A DNA stretch of 64,000 nucleotides from Octopus sinensis (lineage: Eukaryota): contig NC_043018.1 of the NCBI RefSeq assembly GCF_006345805.1, positions 14,074,001-14,138,000 on the forward strand. Reading direction: 5' to 3'. This document shows positions 26,597-40,952 of the stretch, one piece after another. The translations under genes and the position numbers were made by a program. The notes under the pieces are model-generated. The model did no database searches. It worked only from the letters and a program-made list of their open reading frames with translations, and was not told where the DNA came from. Each line of letters begins with the position of its first letter. Position 1 is the stretch's first letter.

Positions 26597-26710
26597 CATC
26601 CTCCCTAATATTATCCATTGTTTATGAACTGCCTCCGCAGCTTCCTGTCTTATATCAAAAATAATTATGCACACCTTGGAAAAACACGTACGTGGTTTTA
26701 CTGGAAGGCG

Positions 26711-26764
<54 letters not shown>

Positions 26765-28769
26765 TATTTCTTCTTTCAAATTTGCTTCCATTTCTTGCCG
26801 AGTGTCTTCCCGACTCCTAGGGCAAAGAAACTCATAGTATACATTGGTAGGCCATTAAACCAAACTCAATAGTTCGTTCATTTTTTTGTTGTTTTTTTAA
26901 GTTAAATTAAAATACATGAGCAGCAACAGTTCTCACATCGACAATGCTTTTCTCAATACGTGTGATGTACCAGTTAAGACAATCTTTTGCACTTCTTGCA
27001 GGGATGGTAAGCCAGGGATCATTCTCATATAATTTTCGGTTCCCTTCTTGATCATTCCTAGTGCTCCTACGATCACTGGTATTGTAACCGCCTTGAGATG
27101 CCACATTTTCTCAATTTCAATGAGTAGGTCTTTATATTTTCTGAGCTTGTCAAACTCTTTCGCTGAGATATTATGATCACAGGGGATGCTCATGTCGATC
27201 AATAAGCAAACTTTATTGTTTTGGTCTTTCACAACAATATCTGGTTTATTGGCCTTGATGGTTCGGTCTGTATGTACTGGAAAGTCCCACAGAATGGTAC
27301 ATTTTCTCCTTCAGTTACAGCCTCAGGGTGGTGATTATACCACTTGTCGGCAGTTTTGATATTGTAATGCCGACTTATTAGCCAGTGTAGATATTGGCCA
27401 ACTCTGTCATGTCTTAATTTATACTCCACTGGAGCTAAGACTTTACATCCAGAGATTAGGTGGTCCACTGTTTCAATCATGTCGTTGCAGAATCGGCATT
27501 TTGGGTCTGCTCCATTTTTCATCACATTGGCCTGGTAGTTCCGGGTTAATAGGCTTTGATCTTGAGCAGCCAGGATGAAACCTTCGCTCTCTGCTTTTAG
27601 CCCTGAGCTCCGTAGCCACTGATGGGTTTGCTTCTGGTCAACATCAGCTTGTTTGCTGCGGGCCACATATTTGCCGTGCAGAGGTTTCTCCTCCCACCTA
27701 TCAGCCAATTGCTCGTGCGCTTTTTTCGTTGCCATTATTTTCACCTTCTTTGCAACAATAATTGCCGTACTTCCCTCGGGGTGTTCTGTTTGGGTATCCT
27801 GCACAAGATCAATAGCAAATTTTTTGCTTTCTTTTATAATAGAATGAAGCTTCTTTCGTCTCTCGTGATTTTCCACGAGCTTTAGCATCCAGTCATTCGA
27901 TATTTCGAGATATTTGGCCAGTCTAATTGTGGTTGTTTTGTAAGCTAGTTCAAATTGGATCAGGCCTCGACCTCCTTGGGCTCTGGGAAGGTAAAGGCGA
28001 TCTACGTCTGCCTTTGGGTGGTGCATCCTATTACAACTCAGCAGCTTGCGTATTTTTCTATCTATATTCTTTACTTCACTCATATTCCAGTTCAACACAT
28101 TGTAGCTATAAGTAACAACTGGAACTGCTAAGGAATTTATAGCTAACACCTTGTTACGTGCATTTAGTTCAGATTTCAGGACTGCACGAACTCTCCTATA
28201 ACATTCCTTCCTGATCTTCTCTTTCATGCTTGCATGCTGAATACCAGAGCCTTCATTTATCCCTAAATATTTGTATGTTTGTTCTTGCTCAAGCTCTCTT
28301 ATGACTGTGTCAACATCTAACACGACTGAATTTGTGGTCTTCACTTTCCCTTTCTGGAAAGTGACCTGGCACACTTCTCAAGTCCAAACTCCATCCCGAT
28401 GTCATCGCTGAATGCTTTCACAGTGCACAATAGGCCTTCAAGTTCATTATTGTCTTTACCATAAAGTTTTAAGTCATCCATATAAAATAGATGGCTTATT
28501 TTTTTATTGGCAATTTTATACCCATACCCTGTTCTGTTTAATTCACTTGTAAGGGATATTAGGGCTATGCAGAATATTAAAGGTGAAAGTGAGTCACCTT
28601 GAAAAATTCCACAGTTGATGTTTATATTTTCTGAGGCAAGTACTCCATTAGAGTGGTATAATTGGAGATACGTATTCCACAACGACATATTGTGCTTCAG
28701 GAAGTTTGAAATCACAGGGGAAATTTTGAAGATGTCCAGCGATCTCAAGATCCATGGATGCGGTATACT
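26765..28769 (-). mobile_element. R4/Dong-type non-LTR retrotransposon, ~2 kb, 5'-truncated within RT (RT + CCHC + RLE + 3' UTR)
   Basis: GIFQGDSLSPLIF, FYMDDLKLY, YKYLG, CRFCNDMIETVDHLISGC (CX2CX8HX4C), ILWDFPVHTDRTIKANKPDIVVKD, KLRKYKDL; two frameshifts. Confidence 0.95.
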
Positions 28770-28839
28770 TATTATTATTATTATTATTATTATCATTATT
28801 ATTATCATTATTATTATTATTATTATCATTCTTCTTCTT

Positions 28840-28922
<83 letters not shown>

Positions 28923-28960
28923 CACCATTATTATTATTATTATGACTATTATTATTATTC

Positions 28961-29060
28961 TATGTTTGACTTTTGCTTTATATTTGTACAAGTTGGCTCC
29001 AAGTCTCACCCAGAGACCTCAAGTGACAACAGGTTGGAGGTTCACGTTGTTGTTATGCCT
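28961..29060 (-). mobile_element. Probable 3' UTR of another (TAA)n-targeting element stacked upstream
   Basis: Ends ...GCAAAAGTCAAACATAG directly into (AAT)n in the same orientation as the 26.8-28.8 kb element; family assignment from recall only. Confidence 0.4.
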
Positions 29061-29114
29061 AGTGTGCCATATATTTGGTTTTTTATTGGGGTGTTGTACT
29101 AGTGAATGTCAAAA

Positions 29115-29365
29115 AAACCCAGACCAGGCGCTGTATGTGTTTACTGAGCGAAAACACCCAAAGCCCCACGAGGCTTCAGCAGGGGGTGGTGGCGATCCCT
29201 GCTGTATTCTTTCGCCACAACTTTTTCTCATTCTTTCTTCTGTTGGCCTGCTCGCTTAGCCAGCGGGGTGGCGTCATTTGATGGCTAAACAATGCGAAGC
29301 ACATTGTGACCAGCGATGTGTAGCAACATCTGATAGCCTGGTCGGTCACGGTGAGCACGGTAATA
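29115..29365 (+). mobile_element. SINE family D body
   Basis: Homologous to 35205-35393 (reverse). Confidence 0.65.
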
Positions 29366-29374
29366 TAAACGGGT

Positions 29375-29495
29375 AGAGATCCCTTTCGGTTATGAATGAC
29401 CATGAGATTGCACCTAGAAAGTTCCCCTCTGAAGCACAAGTCTAGGCAAAAGTTGTTTATGGAAGCCCAGCAGTTGGCCATGCATACCAGTCAGA
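29375..29495 (-). mobile_element. SINE family C 3' fragment
   Basis: Matches 51660-51780 (TGCACCTAGAAAGTT...GGAAG.CCAGCAGT..CCATGCATACC). Confidence 0.75.
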
Positions 29496-29694
29496 CATCT
29501 TTCGTTCTCGTTCATCTCTGGTGCGATTCGTTTCGCCTGGTTACGAGATATTCTTTTAACCTGCACGCCTTTAAAGGGACTTTCACTGAACGAAATACTG
29601 CAACCGAAAAGTGTTTAAACAATACACATGCATTAAGTGTGTGATATAGATAATGTTTAGCTTATTAGGGCTACTTCTGACCCAAAGTTTGAAA

Positions 29695-29737
<43 letters not shown>

Positions 29738-30900
29738 CTCACATACTTGCACATATACATATACATGTACATATACGTTACAAGTTCTGCTGAAAGGAGA
29801 AACCCAGAAAAAGAGGGAAATTAATAAAGGAAGAAAGAAAGAGAGAAGGAAAGCGAATGAACGTGAGAGAAGGAACACTTGACGTACATCATTGTCAACT
29901 GCAAATACATAAATTGCTGCTCCATTCTTTTACGCTTAAAATCCTTCTCATTCCAGTTGTGTCCCATCATCTGCTACTCATTCCCCTCCCCTCCCCTCCT
30001 GACCAATCGTGTATTTGATATGAAATCGAAAATATATTCTCTTGCACAATAGAAATGACAAATGCCTTTGATATTGCGTTTTATGTTACGATTAAAAAGA
30101 CATAAAGTACAGACTGTTAGACGTCTGCGTCCAACATTACCTCCATTTTACCTCCATTTTCTGTCATTTACTGGACGCTAGAGTGACGTAGATCACACAA
30201 CTTTGACAAGAGAGAAAATGAAAATAGCGGAAAGAAACAAAATGAATGAAAAATCTAAGAACGAAATTGAATCATGGGAGTTAAAACAAACCTTCCTTCT
30301 CTCATGTTTTTATTCATTTCTTCTCCTATTCTCCCTTCCAGTTTGTATTGACCATATTTTCGTGGTACTTCCTATTCGTTTATTTGTTGGTTATTTTTCT
30401 TCCGTTGTTTATTATCGTCTGCTATAAATATTAAATGTAAAGGTGCAGACGATGATTAAGTATTACAATAACTTACACGCTGAGTTGTAAAATAAAACAA
30501 ATGGCTATTATAAAAGCACAATCAGTGGTGTTTCGAAGTCTTTCTAAAACAATTCACGCATGCTGAAGGCACATCAAGACAATACAATCCAAATCCTTCA
30601 TTAACTCTTTCAGAAGTCTATGCAACGCACAGCGAAACCAAATATACTGCTCGACAATTAATGCATAATCGCCTTAAGCTTTATTTATCACCCTCTTAAC
30701 ACAAGGTTGCATGAAATAATTAACCTTATCGTAAATTCACATGATGCCGATTGACTATGCGATTGGTTGAATGCATGTGCGAACACACATGTATATGTGT
30801 GTGTGTATGTATGAATGTATATATGAATGTGTATGTATGAATGTATGTGTATATGTATATATTATATATATATTTATATATATACATGTATATATACGTG

Positions 30901-30941
<41 letters not shown>

Positions 30942-31050
30942 TTGTGAACATATATATACGTCTATATCTATAGATATACATACGCACTCACACACACACA
31001 CACACATATACATATATGCATTTGTATATACGTATGTATATGTATCCATG

Positions 31051-31084
<34 letters not shown>

Positions 31085-31085
31085 C

Positions 31086-31119
<34 letters not shown>

Positions 31120-31242
31120 TAACACTTTTTCCAGAAGATCGTTGTGTCTGCAGGGTTTCTATATCTTATTTATATTTATACACACACACACACCACCACA
31201 CACACACACACACACACATATATTATATATATATATATTCAC

Positions 31243-31678
31243 ATGTATTGAGGTAGTTGTGTGGGAAGACGTTTGCTTCCCAACCACATGGTTCCAGGTT
31301 CAATTCCACTGTGTGGCAACTTGGGCAGGTGTCTTCTACTATAGCCTTGGCTCGACCAAAGCCTTATGAATAGATTTGGTAGACGGAAACTGAAAGAAGC
31401 CCGTCGTGTGTATGTGTATGAGTGCGTGTGTGTGTGTGTGTGTGTGTGTCTTTGTGACTATATTTGCCCCCCCCCCCACAAGTGCATAACAACCGGTGTT
31501 GGTGTGTTTACGTCTCTGTAAACGGGCAGCTCTGTAAAAGACACCGATAGAATAAGTAACCGGATTGAAAAGAAAATTATTATTGGGATCGATTAGTTGG
31601 ACTGAATTTCTTGAAGGCAGTGCCCCAGCAAAGCCGCAATCTAAACAACAGACTGAAACCAGCAAAGGATAAAAGATG
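31243..31678 (+). mobile_element. SINE family A, diverged
   Basis: Similarity to other copies. Confidence 0.8.
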
Positions 31679-32170
31679 AAAGTTAATATATGCAACTCCT
31701 GCTAAATGTATTGAGTGCAACTCAGGTTCGTTTGTTCCCTTATCCCTTTATCATTACTTTTATCCTTATTGATTGCGTTGTTGAATCATATTGACCCACA
31801 AGACATTATTCTGTTCATAAAATGCCAAATTTATGAGATGCTGACGTTAGTTCTGTCCTCAATGTATATAATCTGCGAGTTCTTAAAAGGATTTGTCAAA
31901 AGTACTTCAATTCTCCTGCTGAATTTTCATGAATTACATTTTGCTTTCAGCGAAATTCATTTTACTTTACAATATTAATAATATAGCAAAAACAACATAC
32001 CTCTTCTCTTTTCATCTTTTCTTTACTTTTTTTCTCTCATTTTATTGCGTCCCCCACCACCGCTGCCCTTTTTCACAGTTTCACGGTCTGCAAAGGAATC
32101 ATATATGATAACGTGTGTGTGTGCGTCTTTGTCTGTTTGAGCTCGTACTGTTTATGTATATATGTACCTA

Positions 32171-32203
<33 letters not shown>

Positions 32204-32372
32204 ATATATATATGTATGTATGTATACGTATAAACATATATATACGTATATGTATATATATACGTATATATAGGTGTGTATATGGATGTATATGGATGTA
32301 TATAGAGATAGAGATATATAGATATTTGTATATATACATATATAGATAGATATATACATATACACATATATA

Positions 32373-32408
<36 letters not shown>

Positions 32409-32771
32409 TGCATATATATTTATATACATATATATACGTATGTATATGTATATATATATATAACTATATATACACACACATATATAGATATGTGCGTGTG
32501 ACTGTGCGCGTAAGTGTGTGTGGAGAGAGGGAGAGAGAGAGAGAGAGAACTCTGTTGGTGGCTAGGGGTAGCCAGGTAGCTATAACTAAACTTGTGAGAG
32601 TGTAAATGTTTTTGCATCTACATTTACAAGAGAGCGCGTGAATTTTATAGCAGCACTCAGACTACACAGAGTAATAACACGGAGCAATCACATTACAATA
32701 CTCAGACACAAACACAGACACATACAGAGACACACACACACGCATATATATATATATATCGAATTAAAAAC

Positions 32772-33346
32772 ATACGAAGGACAATTGTCAGCTCATAACA
32801 GCTGTTTCTCACGTAAGTTTTAATAGCAGAATGAGAACATTACATCATTATAAAGGACAGTAGTCAACAGATAAGAAGTAAATTTACTAAATAAAAGAAT
32901 ACCCAGGAATACATCTGGGATAAGTCTATCGAGGCCAGCTATGAATGTGAGAATGAGCAACTATGTTGGCAGTTTAGGTTAACCGTGTAGTTCCTTGAAG
33001 TGTGTAATTTGGTATTTAAGGTCACTGACTCGAGTGAGAATGAGTCTGCTAGAATAGATCATGGGTAGATTGAAGTGGGTTGTAGAAGAAAATTAATTGA
33101 TCTAGTCTAGCAGGCTTCTTCTCACCCGCAAAATTAGTTGTTTAACTGCCAAAATAGTTACTCATTCTCCCATTTATAGTTCGTCTCGACAGACATATCC
33201 CTGCTGTATTCTTGGGATATTCTTTTATTTCGTAAAATTCCTTCTCATCTGATATTACGGTCTTTTATAATGATGTAATGTTCTCATTCTTCTAATAAAA
33301 AGTTACGTAAGAAACCGCTATGACGACCTGACAGTTATCCATCGTC
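32772..33346. repeat. ~575-bp imperfect palindrome (fold-back element) with a degenerate HHR in each arm
   Basis: Arms roughly 80% identical by eye, central loop ~33061-33098; left arm (minus, 32792-32875) CUUAU-CUGUUGA...GAAAC-AGCU-GUU-AUGAG; right arm (33244-33324) CUCAU-CUGAU-A-UUACG...CGUAA-GAAAC. Confidence 0.85.
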
Positions 33347-33573
33347 TGTTATTATTAATTGGATTATAATACACAAAGGGGATTACGACTTCTCGGACAC
33401 CCTAGAGTATACCAACAATGCACTAATCAAAGTTACGCGTGATTTGGACCAGACCCCTAGGAGATAAATACTCATACATACATACATACATATATACATA
33501 TATACATACATACATACATACATACATACATACATACTATATACATGCATACATACATACATACATACATACA

Positions 33574-33607
<34 letters not shown>

Positions 33608-34474
33608 CATACATACGTGCGAACGTCTGAATGTTGACTGTACATAACTAAATATCAAATTAGCTGCATACATATCCATTTAGCTCTTCAGCCACCTACA
33701 CATCTAACTGTATGCACACACACACACACGTACATACATACATACAGACGTATGCACACACACACACACGCGTACATACATACATACAGACGTATGCACA
33801 ATCACACACGTACATACATACAGACGTGCGAACGTATATACACACATACACACATACATACACACATACATACATACATTCATACATACATACATACATA
33901 CATGCAAACATACGTATGTACGCACCTACGTATGTTAAAGCGACACACAGACACAAACAACATAATATTTAAAACGAGACACAAGCATTTTAGCAGAAGC
34001 TAGACATGATTTCTATGTATAAAAGCGAGTGTATAGGTCTATGTATGCGCGCATGCGTGTTCGTGCGTCGATAACTACACAGATACCATGCACATATTAG
34101 AATTGAGAATTATCGAATCATAAACTCCAGCAGTTCTCGTCGCCATTTACCATTTTCACCAAGAAATAAGCTGACACTACAGAATTCCGTCATTATTACT
34201 TGGCCACGATGTGACCTTACAGAGACAATGGCCGTTTCCGAAACAGATACCATTCCATATGTTACACGCGCCATTTTGGTTCTTCTGGCTACGCCCACCG
34301 TTTCCAGCTGGCATTGTTCCATTCGGGTATTATTTAGAGTTTTGTCATTTGGATTTCCTCTGCAACTCCTTTCAACGTGTTCATTATCTTCTTATTCTTT
34401 TCCTTTCTAATTTGGATTTACTTTCCCTCTGCTTCGTCTCTACTTCTACTTCATCATCATCATCATCATCATTT

Positions 34475-34532
<58 letters not shown>

Positions 34533-34533
<1 letters not shown>

Positions 34534-34806
34534 GGGAAATAGAGGTAACTCGAATGTGCAATCTAAAAACAGAAACAATTCCTATCATAGAGGGCGCATT
34601 AGGTATGATAAAAAATATTCAGACAAATATATACCAAAAACACCAGGACTTACAAATATATATAACATACAGAAAACAGCACAGCACACATCCTACGTAA
34701 AGCACTCTCAATACAGTAACCATCCGAGCATCACAACAAATCACAGCACATACCCAAGGCACACAGAGCTGCGCTCGGTAGTGAAGTGAAAGCACGATAC
34801 TAAAAT
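34533..34806 (+). mobile_element. R4/Dong 3' end fragment between (TAA)n tracts
   Basis: EIEVTRMCNLKTETIPIIEGALGMIK plus 3' UTR matching 4890-5180. Confidence 0.9.
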
Positions 34807-34983
34807 AATAATAATACTAAACAATAATAATAATATTAATAATAATAATAATAATAATAATAGTAATAATAATAATAATAATCATAATAATAATAATAAG
34901 AAGAAGAAGAAGAAGAAGAAGAAGAACACAACAACAACAACAACAACAATAATAATAGTAATAATAATATTAATAATAACAAT

Positions 34984-35110
34984 ATGCCCTGATGCAGTAC
35001 AAGACAGTGGCTCTTATGGCTTCTCATCTTAACTGATTGGAAGTGTTATCATGTACATTCTTTTGTCTTGGTATAAAAGCTGGGCCACAGCAAACATCCT
35101 GAACCGTCCT
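34984..35110 (+). mobile_element. 5' fragment of the ~550-bp (TAA)n-associated element
   Basis: Matches the reverse complement of 10480-10600. Confidence 0.8.
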
Positions 35111-35204
35111 GGGGTACAGAGGATTCGGAATCTAGACTAGGGTCTGAAAGTTTTACCACACCATAGTGGGTTACACCATGGTTCCTCTGCTTTGTGACAG
35201 AAGT

Positions 35205-35393
35205 AGAAAGAAAGAGTGAGAGAAAGTTGCGGTGAAAGAGTACAGCGGGGTTCACCACCCTCCCCCCGCCGGAGCTTCGTGGAGGTTAGGTGGTTTTGTT
35301 CAATAAACACTCACAATGCCCGGTCTGGGAATCGAAACCGCGTAGTTACGACCGCGAGTCCGCTACCCTAACCACTGGGCCATTGCGCCTCTA
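35205..35393 (-). mobile_element. SINE family D with tRNA-like head
   Basis: GGCGCAATGGCCCAGTGGTTAGGG...GGTTTCGATTCCCAGACC (A and B boxes). Confidence 0.8.
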
Positions 35394-35524
35394 CTGGTGT
35401 TGTTGTTGTTGGTAGTGGTGGTGGTGGTGGTAGTGGTGGTGGTCGTCGTCGACGTTGTCATTGTGGTCGTAGTGGTGTTACTGATTTTACTTTCGCTGTT
35501 ATCTCTGAGGCTTTGCTAATTAAT

Positions 35525-35527
35525 CTT

Positions 35528-35560
<33 letters not shown>

Positions 35561-35773
35561 CAGTAGTAGTAGTAGTAGTGGTAGTAGTAGTAGTAGTAAT
35601 AGCAGTAGTAGTAGTATAGTAGTAGTAGTAGTAGTAGCAATAGCAGTGGTAGTAGTAGTAGTAGTAGTAGAGTAGTAGTAGTAGCAGCAGCAGTAGTAGT
35701 AGTAGTCGTAGTAGTAGTAGTAGTAGTAGTAGCAGTAGCAGTAGTAGTAGCAGCAGAAGCAGCAAGCAGCAGC

Positions 35774-35805
<32 letters not shown>
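35525..35805. repeat. (TAG)n/(CAG)n compound microsatellite
   Basis: Direct reading. Confidence 0.95.
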
Positions 35806-35919
35806 CCATATTTTTAAAAATGAGTCCTTCCAAATATAGGGTTTACACGTGACCGCGTGTGTACCGTTGGCGATTTCTTTTCCTCTGTCTTCCCTTCTCT
35901 GGATCTTTCCTTCTCCTAT

Positions 35920-35954
35920 GTTTCCGACGAAGAGATCCGCTCGAAACGTTAAAC
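35920..35954 (+). ncRNA. Ultra-minimal hammerhead motif (U4C variant, ACGU palindromic helix III)
   Basis: GUUU/AAAC helix I; CCGACGA plus extra A; GAG/CUC helix II; GAAAC-GUU. Confidence 0.55.
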
Positions 35955-36187
35955 TCTCCTTCTTTCCTTCTTTCCTGAGCGTCCAATAATACTATATTTG
36001 TTCCACGTCCTCGCATTGTTGTGTTTTTTTGTGCTTTCTTGTTTGGATTAACTTTAGTAGTATTTGTTGTTGTTGTCGTTCTCGTTTGCTGTGGTTCCTG
36101 TTGCTATCGTGTCACTAACAAAACATTAACCAGCCATCCTAACCTGCCAACGCATCTTCTCACATTAATCAATTTAAAGGAGAGGCG

Positions 36188-36345
36188 AAAGAAGAAGAAG
36201 AAGAAGAAGAAGAAGAAGAAGAAGAAGAAGAAGAAGAAGAAGAGAAGAAGAAGAATAGGAGGAAGAAGAAGAATAGGAGAAGAAGAAGAAGAAGAAGAAG
36301 AAGAAGAAGAAGAAAAGGAAGAAGAAAAAGAGGAAGAAGAACTAT
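36188..36345. repeat. (GAA)n microsatellite
   Basis: Direct reading. Confidence 0.95.
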
Positions 36346-36500
36346 TAAACAAACGAAGTGTAGGTGTCAAGGAAAAATATGTTGGTTGATCGTAAATGGA
36401 TTGATGGCATCGATAGATCATCTCAGTCCATTAAGTTAAAATGAGAATGCAAATAAATCGATAAAATCGAAAAAAGGCACACTTACACTCTCTCTCTCTA

Positions 36501-36557
<57 letters not shown>

Positions 36558-36997
36558 CCATCTATCTATCTATCTATCTTGCACGCACACGACACCACTA
36601 CCCTCACCACACCCTTGCACAGAAATACACTCATCACAAATCCTCACACACACACACACACACTGACAAATTGCAGTATAAACTGTTATATTAGACTAAT
36701 TTCCCGTGAAAATAATATTTGGTTCCGCCTGTTCTTATTTTGTTTTTGTTTTATGTTTTTTGTTTGTTTGTTTTTTCAGTAGTTTTTGCTTCAAGAGTTC
36801 AAATATCATACAACATAAATTTTTGATAATCTACTTTATCTCTGCCCCTCGATGTATCAAAACTACAAAATGTCAATTAAGATCAGCGCCTCTTGAGAAG
36901 GGGAGATAATCTTAAAATTCAAGAATTCTATAAAATTAATATGGCGTTAAGGAAAAAGATAGGTTAATTTTCTGGAGATAAGCGAACATTAAGTGGA

Positions 36998-37890
36998 CGG
37001 GGAAGCGGGGCTTATCCCTTGATTCCATTCTCATAATGGTTTCGCTAATCCAATATCAACAATACAAAGTATGTGGCTCTTAAAACCGTTTTTGTGCATT
37101 TACAGAGAATACCTAACTTACACAGGATCTTGTTTTTAGGAATTCCCAATAAGTTATGAATACCCAAATTGTGAAGTTAGTAATGTAAAACATGAAATTA
37201 GTTACCCGAGTAAGAACTCAAATAAAGTAGCCCCGAAAAGGGCTTTAATGCGTTCCCAGAGTATATAGACTATAGGGGCAAATACTAATAATGTATGTAT
37301 ACTAAAATCATGAAGCATGTTGCGTAATAACGGCTTAATCAGATATGAAATAATAACAATTCAAAGTAAATAACTCTAAAAAGAGTTTTTGTGAGATCCC
37401 AGAGAATATCAGCCTCATGGGTTGGTAGTGTTGCTATATTCGTGAATAAGTCACTAATCGAAATAAGTGGATCTATCGTTTGGGAAAATACTATTTACTT
37501 GTTTAAGGGTTGTACTTGATAAATTGCGAAAATAACTCTAACAGCTCAAGTACTAAGAAATGAGCATACTCAATTTCATTTTTACGAAATAATTTTGGAA
37601 AATGAAAGGGTTATTTCCCTTGGCTATATATAAGGAACCCTTCCAGTGGCGAATGGGTTATTTCCCTTGGTTTTTAAAATAAAATATATTAGATATATAT
37701 ATATATATATAAGGATCCGTTCCAGAGATCCTATTATCGATTTTCTCCAACAATCTGAGTATACCATGAGGTTTCCAGACATGAGTTCTACTCACGTGCC
37801 AAGTTTCATCAAAATCGATAGAACGATGTAGGAGGAGTTAGCGAACAACTCCACAAACACACCCATAGACAGATTTCCCACACATGTAGT
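36998..37890 (-). mobile_element. Non-autonomous Helitron/DINE-1-like element, second copy
   Basis: Reverse-complement homolog of 6836-7730 over ~900 bp. Confidence 0.65.
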
Positions 37891-38065
37891 ATATATATGT
37901 ATAATATATAATATATATATATATATATTTACTCTTTATCTTTTATTAAACTTTTAATACTTTTGATATATATTAAAAATAATATAATTAATTAATTATA
38001 TGTATTGGCTTATGTTTTTCATTGTTTGATTTGCATAATAGTGGTTTTATCTCTAATTTAATATA

Positions 38066-38116
<51 letters not shown>

Positions 38117-38852
38117 GGAGATACATAGATGGATACATCATACATAAACGTGCACGCAAGCACAGCCACCTACACACACATACACATATTTATAATTGGA
38201 ATTCGTCTGTTTTATTTGGAAGAGCACTGTATCCGTTTTCTTCCCTTTTCTATCCCTACACCCTTCTGTAATAATTATTTTTGCTCTCTATTACATGTTT
38301 TCTAATTAGTGTAATATCTACGCCTATTTTCAAGACAATTTATTCAATTTTTAATTCGACTCGTTTCTTTTCTTTTTTTTTTTTATTATGCTCAAATCGT
38401 TTTTCGTCAACGGTCAGTCGTTTTCATCCGGCTGAATCTTATTTGGAAAAGTAATATCGATCTGTGCATATCAGCTTGAAATATTTGTTTTATGAGTTCC
38501 TCAGTAATTATCAATGCACCGTGTATAAAGAGTTATAAGCCAACCTACTGTTCATAAATTTCACAGTCTGATGGTCATATATATATATATGCAAGTATGT
38601 ATGTGTGTGTGTGTGTCAGTGTGTACATATGTATGTATATGCATATATGTGTATATCCATATATATATATATGCATGTATATATGTGTGTATATATATAT
38701 GTACATATATATATACATATGTATACATATATATATATATATATATGTGTGTGTTTAGTTCCTATCTTCCTCTATCTTATCTTTTTCTCTGTCTCTGTCA
38801 GTTTCTCTTTCTCTCTCTCCTCTCTCTCTCTCTATTATATATATATATATTA

Positions 38853-38891
<39 letters not shown>

Positions 38892-38944
38892 CTGACAGAG
38901 ACAGAGAAAAAGATAGAGGAAGATAGGAACTAAACATTTTTTTA

Positions 38945-39200
<256 letters not shown>

Positions 39201-39684
39201 CAAACCGAACGTTTGTGGGGTTTTAGTCGACAAACCAACAGCTGTTGTCAATCGGTGGTGGAGGAAGAAACACAGGTGCAAAGACACACACATTAACATT
39301 TATGCCTAATGTGCCACACAGTGAGACTGAACCCGGAAGCAAGCTTCTTACAACACACACACACACACACACAAATACACGGTGCGAAGTGCGATGGGTT
39401 AATTATCACCATTTTATATATTTTTTATTTTGCGCATGCATTTTGTTATCTTTAATTTTGTCAGCTACACTGTATAGCAGGGTCAGTTGGGCACTGTCTG
39501 TGAGAAAAAGAGGACGTGGCTGAAGCCAATGGCGATTTTATTGAATAAATATATTCTTTAGTATTTCAAAATATTTCTATGTAATTTTTGTAAATATAAC
39601 TGTTAAAATGAGAAGTCAGTGTTATTTTCATTTTTGCGTAATTTAGACGACAATATATTCATATATATATATATATATATAAAT

Positions 39685-39900
39685 ATTAGGGAATAAATCC
39701 AAATTTACAGGGAAAAAATCAGATTTAGGATTAAATCCAATTTTATAGTAAAATATTATATAATATTAATTAGAGACAAAACCACTATTTTGCAAAACAA
39801 ACAAGGAAAGACTTAATCAATACATAAAAATTTTTTTTAATATAAAGAAATAAACCGCCACTACAATCGTTTCATGTCTTCAATGACATTCGTCAGGTGG
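39685..39900 (-). mobile_element. PLE-type terminal repeat (pLTR-like) beginning with a hammerhead
   Basis: Homologous to 51165-51295 and to 51315-51490; carries a canonical HHR. Confidence 0.75.
39858..39900 (-). ncRNA. Canonical type I minimal hammerhead ribozyme
   Basis: CCAC-CUGACGA-AUGUC-auugaa-GACAU-GAAAC-GAUU-GUA-GUGG; all core nucleotides conserved; cut between 39862 and 39861. Confidence 0.88.
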
Positions 39901-40564
39901 ATTTTCGATCTCCTAATCTGTTTTAATTTATATATCTAGTCAAGTAACAATACATATTCTTATTAAATTAAAATATCGTTTGTAGAAATCATAAGAATGC
40001 ATATAGGACGTAGAAACAGCATATAATTTAAAACTCGATTACACGGTGAAATTCTAAAATTGTCTTTATAAGTTCTTCGTATCGCACATATCTAATTTAA
40101 CCTAATAGAATTTAATTTGATTTGATTTAATTTCATTTAGCACCGATCTGTTTTACAAAACATCGAAAAAGCTAAAAACAATCATAATCCAATTAGAAAT
40201 ACACTTTCACCTACTTAAGGATCCAGAAGTCTCATTTCGAACTCAAGCCTAAGTCAGAATTTAGGTCAACCGTTCAGAAAATTTATAACCCTGTGAAGTT
40301 TCTAAATCTCATCTCCACTTTTTTATTCTCACAAAAACCATAGTAATGTAGGAAAATACGTTAGCCACGAGTAAATACACTCAGGTCGCATCGAACCACA
40401 TCAGCAGAGAAACCTTGAATAAAGTTGCATGAGTGGAAATAGAAGGATGCAAATGCAAGCGGCAGCTTTCTATGCGGCAGAAACACGGTCGTACTTAAAC
40501 CAAACATGCTGCGTTATTAACAATACAAATAAAAGATTATATAGACGTACCAATTTCTGTATTC

Positions 40565-40595
<31 letters not shown>

Positions 40596-40797
40596 TATAT
40601 GTATGTATGTATGTATGTATATGTATAATATATGTATATTATATCTATGTATGTATATATATATATATATATGTGTGTGGTGTGTGTGTGGTATGTATAT
40701 AGTAAAACCCAACAAGAAGAACAAACAAAAATAACAACAACGCAAGGACGTGGCACATATAAAGTAATAGCAAACGCTCAGGAAAGGAAAGAGGAGG

Positions 40798-40835
40798 TTT
40801 TTTAACGTTTCGAGCAGACGCTCTTCTTCGAAAAA
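40798..40835 (-). ncRNA. Ultra-minimal hammerhead motif, same family as 35920-35954
   Basis: UUUU-UCGAAGA-A-GAGC-gucu-GCUC-GAAAC-GUU-AAAA (C3U, U4C). Confidence 0.45.
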
Positions 40836-40918
40836 CAACGAAAGTCCAATAGATGGGAAGACGGATGAAGAAAATCGCCAACGATTCACATGTGGTTACA
40901 TTTTGGTTATATATGTGG

Positions 40919-40952
<34 letters not shown>

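Noticed and set aside
27622-28115. Plus-strand ORFs
   Set aside because: They are antisense shadows of the Dong ORF
26765-28769. Active autonomous retrotransposon
   Set aside because: It is 5'-truncated inside RT and carries two frameshifts
35330-35393. tRNA genes here and at 51920-51990
   Set aside because: A/B boxes are present but run into SINE bodies, and I could not fold a complete cloverleaf
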